Source: a virus (lineage: Duplodnaviria > Heunggongvirae > Uroviricota > Caudoviricetes). Taken from it: a stretch of DNA of 64,000 nucleotides. This document shows positions 32,177 through 41,593 of the stretch, piece by piece. The DNA lies in the IMG/VR virus record IMGVR_UViG_3300011008_000003. One strand, given 5' to 3'. Each line of letters opens with the position of its first letter. Positions within the stretch are counted from its first letter, which is position 1. The position numbers and the translations under genes are program-made. The notes beneath the pieces were generated by a model. The model saw nothing but the letters and a program-made list of their open reading frames with translations. It was not told where the DNA came from and ran no database searches.

Positions 32177-33010
32177 TCAGCCCTTTTTATAATTTTTCTG
32201 TACTTGTTTGTATATTTTATAGAGAGCCATACATTTTTCGATATAGCCTTTAGTTTCTCCTGCCAAAGGTTTAGCAGGTCTTCCAGCTCGGTCAAATTTG
32301 GATTTCGACCTGTATGTACGGTAATTAGTAGCCTGAGCCCATCCACCGTTATAGTCAGCAAGCATCATTTCAATAACGTTCTTGTGTGTCTTAGAAAGAT
32401 ATGCAATGATTCTTCCTGCATTGTCGATATTGAACTTCAAGTCATTGAAATCATCAAAGTTGAACTTTTTAGGATCCTTGCCTTGAAGTCTGGTATGGGT
32501 ATCGAAAGCAGTTCCTTTCGTAATCTGCATCATTCCCCGTGCACCGGCACCGCTCCTGGCTCCGTTATCGTAATTCGATTCGGTTCCGGCCATAGCGAGA
32601 AGAATATCAATATCGATATTATACTTATTGGCAGTATTCACCATGTATTTTGCAATAATATCGAGATTCTTCCTTCCGTATTTCTTAAGCATAGTATCTG
32701 GAGTAGCGAGAATCTTCTTCTTGGTCAATTCGATTTCATCCTTAAAGGTGAACTTGGAAGAATCTTCAGGACTGGCCTTATAATTCTTAGGAACACCGAA
32801 CTTGTCGAAATTCGTATTATAACGTTGCTGCATGTGAACGACTGAACCCTTACCGAAAGAATCATCAGTAACAGGCTTAGCCTTTACACCGCTGTTTCCG
32901 AATGCGAGACCTGCAGCGAGAGCTCCAGCGCCCAACGCCTTAGAAATTACGCCTTCTTCCAAAATATATCCGGCATCTTCCAGAATTTCTTTTGCTTCTT
33001 CTATTGTCAT
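32177..33010 (-). CDS. lytic transglycosylase (SLT domain), possibly virion-associated
   Basis: AMAGTESNY, SGAGARGMMQI, NI..G, A.YNGG, ETKGY; start reassigned to MTIEEAKEILEDAGY. Confidence 0.85.
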   Translation of the reverse strand: MTIEEAKEILEDAGYILEEGVISKALGAGALAAGLAFGNSGVKAKPVTDDSFGKGSVVHMQQRYNTNFDKFGVPKNYKASPEDSSKFTFKDEIELTKKKILATPDTMLKKYGRKNLDIIAKYMVNTANKYNIDIDILLAMAGTESNYDNGARSGAGARGMMQITKGTAFDTHTRLQGKDPKKFNFDDFNDLKFNIDNAGRIIAYLSKTHKNVIEMMLADYNGGWAQATNYRTYRSKSKFDRAGRPAKPLAGETKGYIEKCMALYKIYKQVQKNYKKG

Positions 33011-33144
33011 TAAATCGTCCAAAAAGAGTATAATAAGAAAGCGACTATTCCGATACAGACTAAGATAGCGACACCAGCTAGAGCCTTGTCTAGCCAATCG
33101 TCGTCAAATGCCGTTACCGGTATAAAGTCGTTTTTCTTTTTCAT
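33010..33144 (-). CDS. 44-aa single-transmembrane protein
   Basis: Manual translation MKKKNDFIP...ALAGVAILVCIGIVAFLLYSFWTI*; TAATG-coupled to SLT gene. Confidence 0.65.
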   Translation of the reverse strand: MKKKNDFIPVTAFDDDWLDKALAGVAILVCIGIVAFLLYSFWTI

Positions 33145-33293
33145 TATTCTACAATATTATCTAAAGAATCAACAAATTCCTGTGCAGCCTCAAGTTCTTC
33201 ATCAGTAAACTTATGGCCTTTCTTCTTGTTTTTCTTTGCTTCATCGATTTGTTCGATGTATTCGTTAAGTTCTACATAGTTATCGTCAAACAT
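33144..33293 (-). CDS. 49-aa hypothetical protein
   Basis: Manual translation MFDDNYVELNEYIEQIDEAKK...; GGAG RBS; coupled to next gene. Confidence 0.6.
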   Translation of the reverse strand: MFDDNYVELNEYIEQIDEAKKNKKKGHKFTDEELEAAQEFVDSLDNIVE

Positions 33294-33302
33294 TTTAACT
33301 CC

Positions 33303-34535
33303 TTATCTAGGCTTTATTGTATATTGGCCTGGTTCATATACTCTAACATCCCATTCTACCTTAACACGACCAAGATAGTCATAATCAATAACATAATTCG
33401 GTTTTGACGTTATTCGGTAACGCTTATAGAAAGTGTTGAAGCTTGTCATAGTCGTACCAAAAGATACAAAATATTTCGGATCTCTATTTATCTTCAGTTC
33501 GTACCAAGTGCCTTCAAGGTCAGGGTCATTAGATTTACCAGTAGCTATAGCACGAGTAATAGATGCATATGCCTTAGAACCGCGTTTTACAAAATACACA
33601 GGACTGTCGTCACCGCCGTCTTCATAATCCTTAGCAAAAACGCGAACACTATCACACCACTTATTAATTGCTTCCTGCGACATGCCGGATCTCGATGCAT
33701 TCTCCGCATCATAAGATACAACACCAAGTTCTCTTTCACGGCGAATCATTTCCGGTTTGATACTGTAGTAATAGTGCATCATATCTCGCATGGTACGCAT
33801 CTGTTCAAAATTATTCGGATCTAATGTACTGAACAATCTTGTCCACTTACCACAGAATCTTTGCTGTCCAGATTTTCCACTAGCTAATGCTTCTTGTAAT
33901 GCCTTCCAATCTGAACAATTTACAGAAACAACATAGAAATATGTCTTACCCTGATATTCCTGCTTAAGCATGACGTTCTTCATTGCCCATTCAGCAACAT
34001 AGTCCTTATCCATCAAGGCGACACCGGTTTCAACATTCTTAACGGCATACCTTTCGATATTGCCAAGTTCTGGATAATCTTCAGAAAGCTTGTCAGCCAG
34101 TCGTTTCCATTCGAACTTATGGCATGTTTCATCGCTGGTTCTCAATGCACGCCTAACCGCAGTACGGTCACGAAGTGCTGCACGACGAATTGCGAAATCC
34201 CAGTTTTCAGGCGGAAGTTCAGTATAGCAATGAACATAATAGTGAAGCATTTCATGTACGAATACGTTTCTAAAAGCCGCATAAGTACCGCATGCATTAA
34301 GATTCAACTTTATACATATCGGAATGAACTTGCGATTTATCATATCCGTTCTATGTGAAAAATATCCATGTAACCTGGTACCTTTCATCCAATCAAGTGG
34401 AATCGGGGCAAGTACACCGTTAAAATAAGTCTTATTAAACTTATCGAAATAATATTTCAATGCGGCTTTATCTTTTTCAAAAGAACGGCCTTCATCGTCT
34501 GTTAACTGTATGGCTTCGTCTAATATATTCATCAT
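33303..34535 (-). CDS. SprT-like zinc metalloprotease with duplicated C-terminal domain
   Basis: FNKTYFNG.L, VFVHEMLH, H..EW; two repeats of W...V....Y.V......AL..G.S....G.W; TATAAATA 4 nt before ATG. Confidence 0.75.
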   Translation of the reverse strand: MMNILDEAIQLTDDEGRSFEKDKAALKYYFDKFNKTYFNGVLAPIPLDWMKGTRLHGYFSHRTDMINRKFIPICIKLNLNACGTYAAFRNVFVHEMLHYYVHCYTELPPENWDFAIRRAALRDRTAVRRALRTSDETCHKFEWKRLADKLSEDYPELGNIERYAVKNVETGVALMDKDYVAEWAMKNVMLKQEYQGKTYFYVVSVNCSDWKALQEALASGKSGQQRFCGKWTRLFSTLDPNNFEQMRTMRDMMHYYYSIKPEMIRRERELGVVSYDAENASRSGMSQEAINKWCDSVRVFAKDYEDGGDDSPVYFVKRGSKAYASITRAIATGKSNDPDLEGTWYELKINRDPKYFVSFGTTMTSFNTFYKRYRITSKPNYVIDYDYLGRVKVEWDVRVYEPGQYTIKPR

Positions 34536-34555
34536 ATATTATTTATAAGAAGCTT

Positions 34556-35347
34556 CTACTTTGTTTCCCAGGACAGCTTAATATATTTTACCGGAATATT
34601 CTGGTTAGTGAAACAGGCACAGGCAGACAAATCGTCCTCATCGTCAAATTCTGGGTCCTTATAGACCTTAAAATTCGATGGAAGATTGATTTCATAGATA
34701 TACATCTTCGGCATATCCTCGTCATGATCCTTACGCCATGTATAATGCATATCAAATAACATCCTCTCGGTAAGCTCGTCCAGACGCTTTTCAAGTGCCA
34801 CCTGAGCTTCTTCCGTAGATGTATCGTAATCTATCGTACCGTCAATAATGATAGTCTTTAAAGCCATCTTGCCGCTAATCATGTAAATACGGCGTTCATA
34901 TTTGACATTGTTCTTGTTCTTGCAACGAAGACCGCCAGTCTGCTTAAGAATTTCCGGCGTGGCAGAACTAATATGATAGAACTTGCTGAAATCCAGCTCT
35001 TCAATAAACCTGTTATAAGCTTCCATCTTATCTGGGTCATTCAACAGTTCAAGTTCGACATACGGCTTGATATTGTCGACTGGTTCTCTGGACTGACGGA
35101 AAATCAACTGTTTCTTATTCGGGGAACAGTCAGACCAGCCATTGGCGTCAAAGAACTGTTTTGCTTCCGCAATATCGATATTATAAATGGTAGTTAATTC
35201 TGTTGCGGAAAATTTAACTTCCATACCATTAAGAGACAAAGTAGCACAGTCGTTCAACCTTATGTTAAAGCGGTTTTTCCATTTCTGGCAAAGTTCGGGT
35301 AAATCTACGAATCTTAAAGATTCGTTCATATATTCTGCAAATGTCAT
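34556..35347 (-). CDS. putative ADP-ribosyltransferase-fold protein with capsid-targeting-like N-terminus
   Basis: MTFAEYMNES; FYHISS..I...GGL..RIYM...IYEI.L...DPE...IP.KYI pattern typical of H-type ART/KptA-like folds. Confidence 0.5.
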   Translation of the reverse strand: MTFAEYMNESLRFVDLPELCQKWKNRFNIRLNDCATLSLNGMEVKFSATELTTIYNIDIAEAKQFFDANGWSDCSPNKKQLIFRQSREPVDNIKPYVELELLNDPDKMEAYNRFIEELDFSKFYHISSATPEILKQTGGLRCKNKNNVKYERRIYMISGKMALKTIIIDGTIDYDTSTEEAQVALEKRLDELTERMLFDMHYTWRKDHDEDMPKMYIYEINLPSNFKVYKDPEFDDEDDLSACACFTNQNIPVKYIKLSWETK

Positions 35348-35350
35348 ATA

Positions 35351-37200
35351 TTATTTATTCAATATTTCGTACTTCTCATCGAAGTCTTTTTTAGAATACC
35401 AAGAAAATTTAAAATACCCGTCCTTGGTAACTTCTTTTACTATATAAGTATTATACTGGAAATATCTAGGAGTAAGTCTCCATGCGATATTGTTCAAACA
35501 GATAGGATCTTCCCAGACCATTACGCCGTAATCGGTAAAATCGTAATCATACGTATCGCCGAAAAATGCTTCAAGTTTTTCTCTATCGTTATTCGTAAAA
35601 TAAATGAAATTGAACGTAGGAGACTTGTATCGACATTGCTCCACGCCAGTATTGTTAAACATTTTACGTATAAACCGTTTGAACATGTTTTAATTCTCCA
35701 GGCAAATCACAATTTAACATAAAATATAGTAAAATTTTAATCACGTACAGAAACAAAAAAATTATCTGATAATTGCCAATGCTCTTTCATTTTCCTGGTC
35801 AATTCATTGGCGCAATCTGTCGTAAAAGCACAATCGCAGTCGCGTTCCGCATATTTGAGAATTATATATTCATAACGGTTATTACCCATCTTTTCAACCA
35901 ACTTATGGACACTGTTATAGGTTTCGTTACGAATCTCGTATTCGACCTTATCCCTGTCTGTATTCGACGGAATATCTATATCAAGCTTGAATATATCAAT
36001 CGACTTGATATAGGCCTTAAGTTTCTTTCTCTTCTGCTTGTCGGTTTCTAAAAACAGTTCCTTAAGCTTTTCTCTCAGAAGTGCCGTATAGGCAAACAAT
36101 TCCTCTGTAGTATAACCGAAAACGATATTCTTATATCGGTCGAGAAAAAACAATCTTTCCTGATAGGTCATTTCCATATTATATTTATTCCTTACAGGCC
36201 GAGTTTTTTCTTAAGCTCGTTATTTCGCTTGACAAGCTGTTCAAATAACGGTTTCGCATTTTCGAAATAGTCTTTCTGGTCCTGGCGAAGCCTTACACCG
36301 TCAGGCAGATACCACTTATGAACATCGTCATATTGAAATCCGCATGCCATCAAAGTATTCTTGATTCCGTTTATCCTCATGCCGTTAAGCTGGTATTCTT
36401 CCATCTCGCTCATATTACTTTCCTTTCTTTTTCCAGTCGATGTCCTTCTTCATGAATTCGACTTCGGCGTTTTCGTTCGCCTTTATATACTTTTTGAATT
36501 CTGCCAACGTATCGTAATGGCAATCGGTCAACTTTACCGTGGGCTTCTTGGAAAAACACAAGAACTTGTCCTCGACCTTCATTACCCGGATTATCCTAAG
36601 CTTGAAATCAACCAGAATAATATCACCGGTAACTACATCTGTCTTTATATTTTTCATATACAGGTAAGGGTTCATTTTGATATATCCCTTATCTGTCAAG
36701 TATTTGGACATAGCCTTCACGATAGCATCAACCTTCATTATTTAACTTTTTATTTATTATAAAAGAAAACCGTCATCCAAGAAGTTAGGCCTGACGGTTT
36801 CTTATAGTATGAAAATGAATTACATGGTAATAGAAGTCTTCAAGTTAGCACAATCGATAGCGCAGTGCTTGAGAAGTTCGATAAGGGTCTTAGAAGCACC
36901 CTGCTGAATCTTCTGAGTAACGGCGTTGATGTACTTAGCCTTGTCGTCCTGAGAAGCGAACATTTCATCAGTTACGTAACGTTCGGTTGCGTACTTGAAA
37001 ATAGCGTCGCCGAGGTCCTGACCGAGCTTCTTGAGACCTTCCTTCATATCGCCGTTGCCAACATAACGCTGGACAAGAGAATCGAGGGAAGAATTCATAG
37101 CCTGAGTTTCATAGCTCTGTTCGGCAGTTGACTGCTGAGCGGCTTCCATTTCCTCGTCAAGCTTCTTGTGGTAATAAGTCTTGAAATCAATATCTGTCAT
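35351..37200 (-). other. five small hypothetical genes, several with own late promoters
   Basis: ORFs 35351-35686, 35737-36177, 36192-36413, 36415-36738, 36820-37200; (T/A)ATAAATA at 36182, 36751, 37230. Confidence 0.65.
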
Positions 37201-37228
37201 GATAATCTCCTAAATTTTTTCTTTTATA

Positions 37229-37735
37229 TTATTTATAGCGTTTATTTTCCAAAATCATGAAAGTTGTCGGAAAATCGTTATCTTTGTCTGCAGGGAAATC
37301 TTCAGAATGCACAATATCCCACTTCGACATATCTAATTCAGGAAAAAATGTATCGCCATCTGGTATTTCTGTATGAATTCTGGTCAAATAAATCTTATTA
37401 ACAATGTTAACAGACTGTCTATAGAGTGAACCGCCACCGATAATGAACGGCTCTTTAATATACTTGGAATTAACATAATCGACCGCAAACTGAAGGCTCG
37501 GCTTAACTATAACACCTTCCGGATTATAACTTTCGTTAGACGAGACCACGACATTAAGTCGATTCGGCAACGGCCTGCCTATGGATTCAAAACACTTACG
37601 GCCCATAATTACTGCTGAACCAGTAGTCAATTCCTTAAAACGTATCAAATCTCGCTTTAAATGCCAGGGCATGGCATTATTTCGACCAATGACGTTATTA
37701 TCCGTTGCTGCTACAATTATACTATACTTACTCAT
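37229..37735 (-). CDS. folA: dihydrofolate reductase
   Basis: VIG..NAMPWHL..D...FK..T, MGRK.FESIGRPLPNRLN, IIGGG.LY, GDTFFP. Confidence 0.97.
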   Translation of the reverse strand: MSKYSIIVAATDNNVIGRNNAMPWHLKRDLIRFKELTTGSAVIMGRKCFESIGRPLPNRLNVVVSSNESYNPEGVIVKPSLQFAVDYVNSKYIKEPFIIGGGSLYRQSVNIVNKIYLTRIHTEIPDGDTFFPELDMSKWDIVHSEDFPADKDNDFPTTFMILENKRYK

Positions 37736-38232
37736 ATCCTTTCTACCTTTACTCCGTTGCGTTCCAAAAAGCTAATGCCATTAGACCCACGATCATATTT
37801 ATTTTCATACATGACATGCTTAATTCCACAAGTATAAATTAAACGAGCACATGCTTCACAAGGTTCATGTGTCAAAAGCATAGATGTACCAGTAATATCG
37901 ATTTTTTCCCTTAATACATTGCCCAACGTATTCTGTTCGGCATGGATTTCGTTCGTATTGGCGAACTCATGATGAAGTTCTTTCCATTCCTCTTCTGAAT
38001 ATTCCAGCCATTCCGCGGAAGTCGTCTTCCTTGCATAGAACTTTCCAGCCTCTGTCTTGAAGAGCTCGTTACAATTGGTCTGACCTGCGGGAGTTCCGTT
38101 ATATCCGCAAGAAAGAATCCTACCGTCTTTCACAATCAAAGCTGCGACCTTGACCCTGGAACATTTGCTAAGATTCTGATATTCTTTCAAAACCGTCTTA
38201 TAGAGATGCTTATATTTTAATTCCATTACCAT
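37732..38232 (-). CDS. dCMP deaminase
   Basis: S.C.RVKVAALIV, GYNGTP.G, HAEQN, PCEAC zinc motif. Confidence 0.93.
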   Translation of the reverse strand: MVMELKYKHLYKTVLKEYQNLSKCSRVKVAALIVKDGRILSCGYNGTPAGQTNCNELFKTEAGKFYARKTTSAEWLEYSEEEWKELHHEFANTNEIHAEQNTLGNVLREKIDITGTSMLLTHEPCEACARLIYTCGIKHVMYENKYDRGSNGISFLERNGVKVERI

Positions 38233-38738
38233 TGCTCCGAAATACGTCGAATTTCAGATTTATCAAATAAAACATATCGACTATTATCTTTTTCTCGAGT
38301 TCTTTCAACCTCGCCAGTTTGTTTTATTCTCTTTACTATATGAGAACCTTGATACCATTCATTATTTTCAATCTTATTCATCAATAGTTCATATAGGCTT
38401 TTCAAACCAGGAAGATATATTATATTATCATTTTTATATTTCAACAATAAAAATATTGAAAAATCCTTATCATACAACGGTGTATGCAAACCACAATCTT
38501 TCAAATACGTATATGATAATTTATACTGTGCGTCTTTACCTTGGCCGGTCTTAATATCACCCCAATACTGTTTACCAGTTTTTATATCCGTTATTTTAAC
38601 ATCATGCCCAGTCTTATCTAAATAAGAACCTTTCATTACTTCATTAAAAATATATTCTGGATGTCTTTGCTGTAATATCTGAATAATCTTAGTCTGATCA
38701 TCCATACCGTTTTGATTCAATTCAATTATTGTACTCAT
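38226..38738 (-). CDS. putative PD-(D/E)xK nuclease-fold protein
   Basis: D....D...DIK core; paralog of 38800..39270. Confidence 0.45.
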   Translation of the reverse strand: MSTIIELNQNGMDDQTKIIQILQQRHPEYIFNEVMKGSYLDKTGHDVKITDIKTGKQYWGDIKTGQGKDAQYKLSYTYLKDCGLHTPLYDKDFSIFLLLKYKNDNIIYLPGLKSLYELLMNKIENNEWYQGSHIVKRIKQTGEVERTREKDNSRYVLFDKSEIRRISEQW

Positions 38739-38799
38739 AGATACAAATATAGCATATTCCTGTTAAAGAATATGCTATTTGTAAATTTAGTTGTAATTT

Positions 38800-39270
38800 T
38801 TAAATAGTAGCGTATGCCAAATTTTTAATTTCGTCTAATGTGAATCGTACAAAACGACTCTTTTCATAATAATGACTAACTTCTTCCTTGCCTTCAGCAA
38901 TCTTATCAAGCAAAGCCTTATGGAATTCTTTTGCCTTTACGATATATCCGACGACATAGGTATCTAATGTGAAAACTAAGTCAATCGAAAAATCACCAGA
39001 ATATATTTTACTTTTCTCACCCAACCCATTAATATGTGTATAGGTAATAGAATCCGAACTCTTAGAACTCTTGACATCAATATAAGCATCAACATTCTTT
39101 ACACTATCGTGTATAATAATATCGATTTTATCTTCCATGTCTGTCTTTGAATTTTCTTCAGATTCAGTAACAATATATTTCGGTAGTTTCTTAAAGTATT
39201 GTTCAAATCTGCCGAATATTACATGCTGTGCTGTAAATCCTTCCGAACGAAGTTGTGTTTTACTTACCAT
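38800..39270 (-). CDS. putative PD-(D/E)xK nuclease-fold protein
   Basis: DMEDKIDII...YIDVKS core. Confidence 0.5.
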   Translation of the reverse strand: MVSKTQLRSEGFTAQHVIFGRFEQYFKKLPKYIVTESEENSKTDMEDKIDIIIHDSVKNVDAYIDVKSSKSSDSITYTHINGLGEKSKIYSGDFSIDLVFTLDTYVVGYIVKAKEFHKALLDKIAEGKEEVSHYYEKSRFVRFTLDEIKNLAYATI

Positions 39271-40106
39271 TAATGTACCTTTTTAACTAAGTTAACATAA
39301 TCGGTAAACGTATTCATCAGCTCTGCCAATCCTGACATCTGAATGAACTTGAAATACTTCTTAGTATCTGGTTCACCGTATGTTAAATTATTTATTACGT
39401 CATTAATCGCAAGTTCGATTTCCTTAGGAATACAGTCAAACGAAATCAACTTCATATTACGTTCATATTCGGGCTGAAGCTTTTCAGTTTCAATCCACTG
39501 GTTAACGTCTTCGTTGATAATCTTCAATGCACGCTTCGGACCAATGCCTCGTTTGAGACCAGGAATATTATCGCTGCTGTCGCCAGTAAGAATCTTCACC
39601 ATCAATTCGACATCAGGATCCAAACCTTCAATAAACGTATGCTTCATCGCATCCCATTGGCGGTAATTTGGATATTTGAATAACTGGTAAAAGTCCCTAT
39701 CTGAAGATACGTTAATTATATCCCAGTCAGGATGGTTTTTGACAATCGTTGCTATACAATCATCTGCCTCGGCGTGAGGAATCTTGACGAACGGAATATT
39801 CTTAAACGAATCCGCAATATCGTTGATAAACTTCTCGAGAACCGGGAAAAACACATCGAAATTGACTACAGATTGTTCACGCTTTGCAGCACGATTAGCC
39901 TTGTATTCCGGATATACCTGTTTACGCCAGCTTTCAGAATCCTGCAAACAGATTACTCGCTCTGGTTCAAGTGTCTTGAGAAGCTTCATAAACGAAGCCA
40001 TGAATGTAAGCTTGAATATGGAAAATTCCTGTTCTTCTGGACCTGGCATCTGTGAGAACAGGCACCTCATAGTTAAATTTGATACGTCGATTAATACTAC
40101 TTTCAT
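39270..40106 (-). CDS. rnh: T4 RNase H-like 5'-3' exonuclease (FEN family)
   Basis: LIDVSN, SWRK..YPEYKANR, EADD, SSDRDF.QL, GDSSDNIPG. Confidence 0.92.
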   Translation of the reverse strand: MKVVLIDVSNLTMRCLFSQMPGPEEQEFSIFKLTFMASFMKLLKTLEPERVICLQDSESWRKQVYPEYKANRAAKREQSVVNFDVFFPVLEKFINDIADSFKNIPFVKIPHAEADDCIATIVKNHPDWDIINVSSDRDFYQLFKYPNYRQWDAMKHTFIEGLDPDVELMVKILTGDSSDNIPGLKRGIGPKRALKIINEDVNQWIETEKLQPEYERNMKLISFDCIPKEIELAINDVINNLTYGEPDTKKYFKFIQMSGLAELMNTFTDYVNLVKKVH

Positions 40107-40155
40107 ACGATTTCAAATATAGTAAAAAACGCTAATGAAAATTAGCGTTTTATTT

Positions 40156-40491
40156 TTATTCCAGATTTTCTTCTTCGTCATTCTCAAGCCAGTATCGTTC
40201 TTTATACATTTTCCGACTTTCCCTGACCTTTATCTTTCGTTTCTCGTCTTCTTTCATTCTCATGTATTCACGAACATTGACATGACGGTAACAATACTTA
40301 AGACACTTACCCATCTTAATCAGAAGCAAATGGCACAAGTGATGTTCTTTCGGAGAAAGCTCAATCTTGTTTTCCTTCTTGTTACTCCCACCTTCGCTTC
40401 TGGGTATAATATGATGGTTTTCTATCTGTCCGAATAATATCCTGTTACGAGCCCGATTAATTAACGTCTCATATATCTTTTCGTAATTCAA
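40156..40491 (-). CDS. HNH homing endonuclease (T4 Mob-like N-terminus), short
   Basis: NY.KIY..LI.RA, E.HHIIPRS.GGSN..EN...L..KEH..CH.LL. Confidence 0.8.
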   Translation of the reverse strand: MNYEKIYETLINRARNRILFGQIENHHIIPRSEGGSNKKENKIELSPKEHHLCHLLLIKMGKCLKYCYRHVNVREYMRMKEDEKRKIKVRESRKMYKERYWLENDEEENLE

Positions 40492-40493
40492 AA

Positions 40494-40979
40494 TTAGAAT
40501 CCTTTGTTACCTGGTGCCAAATCAAACTTACTCTTAGCGTCCTTGCTATCCATAATCCTGAACTTTTCTTCTAATCCAAGGTATTTCGGAACACACGGCA
40601 TCTTAATCCTGAAACTATCCATAACATATTTTCTATTATAGCATCTCAGACCGATAGCTATATTAGAATATATATCATTTAATTGCTTTCCGTTCCACAA
40701 AATTCTTACGTCTTCCAAAAACGCATGATATTGTTTCTGCATCTCGTTCAAAATGTATAGCTGTGTATTCATATCGAAATGGTGAAGATTGATTGCCCAG
40801 AACGCATTGATAGACATCTCGTCAGGTCCGATACAGTAAATCAACGGAAAATTATCGAAACCCTGTTTCCTTGCAGTCGTCGTATATGCGTCGTATTCAA
40901 GCAAGTAGAAATAGCCGTTCTGTATCAGATCGGTTTTTTCACATTCGTTTCTATCAATATGATAATGGTCTGCAATCAT
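40494..40979 (-). CDS. T4 gp2-like DNA end protector
   Basis: Y...YDA...FD.FPLI...INLH motif; adjacent to gp3-like gene as in T4. Confidence 0.7.
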   Translation of the reverse strand: MIADHYHIDRNECEKTDLIQNGYFYLLEYDAYTTTARKQGFDNFPLIYCIGPDEMSINAFWAINLHHFDMNTQLYILNEMQKQYHAFLEDVRILWNGKQLNDIYSNIAIGLRCYNRKYVMDSFRIKMPCVPKYLGLEEKFRIMDSKDAKSKFDLAPGNKGF

Positions 40980-41530
40980 TAAATATCTTCAGTATTTTCA
41001 AGCATGAGTTCTACGTTTTCGTAATCGAATGTCGCGACGAAATTAACCGGCGACGCAGAACCATACTGCAAGGATAAACTCGACAAGTTGTTGATGATAG
41101 CATGTTTGAACTTCATCTTGGAAATAATCTTGTTGTTATTATTGAGCGATACGAGCTCTATGGCGTCAATACAGTCATACCTTAGTAGTTCTTCCCCTTT
41201 AAGGTTTGTCTTGCCCACGGGCTCGCCGAAACGCATCCAGTAAATCCATTCGCGGAACAGGTAGTAGTTCATCATGTGTTCATCGAGCTGGAATTCAACA
41301 TGCATTGTCTGCAAGTCTCTAGCACCAATCGGATTCGGGTGTAGCTGTCTTTCATGCTGATATAAGGACGTAAGCATCGGAATAGAAAAATCCGGCACTG
41401 TTACGTTTCTTACGTAGTTATCGAGAATATGAGTATCAAGTTCATAATTAGTCATGTTAACGAGATTTGAAAACCTGATTATAAACTTGTTATTACTAAA
41501 ATCATTAATTTGAGTAGTTATTCCTGCCAT
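40979..41530 (-). CDS. T4 gp3-like tail completion/sheath stabiliser (tail-tube fold)
   Basis: V.VP..SIP...V.F.LDE...Y...EW...F.ATF.Y pattern; late promoter 4 nt before ATG. Confidence 0.7.
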   Translation of the reverse strand: MAGITTQINDFSNNKFIIRFSNLVNMTNYELDTHILDNYVRNVTVPDFSIPMLTSLYQHERQLHPNPIGARDLQTMHVEFQLDEHMMNYYLFREWIYWMRFGEPVGKTNLKGEELLRYDCIDAIELVSLNNNNKIISKMKFKHAIINNLSSLSLQYGSASPVNFVATFDYENVELMLENTEDI

Positions 41531-41543
41531 GTTTTATTTATAA

Positions 41544-41572
41544 AAAAGGTATTTCCGAGTGGAAATACCTTT
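41544..41572 (-). terminator. intrinsic terminator
   Basis: AAAGGTATTTCC-ACTC-GGAAATACCTTT plus T-tract. Confidence 0.8.
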
Positions 41573-41593
41573 AAATCTTATTTTTTATCGTTA

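Noticed and set aside
32134-32361. 75-aa - strand ORF, and the extended starts of 32177..33097, 46918..47541, 56754..57188 and 526..1245
   Set aside because: They overlap real genes in another frame or run through promoter elements; internal ATGs fit coupling or promoter spacing better.
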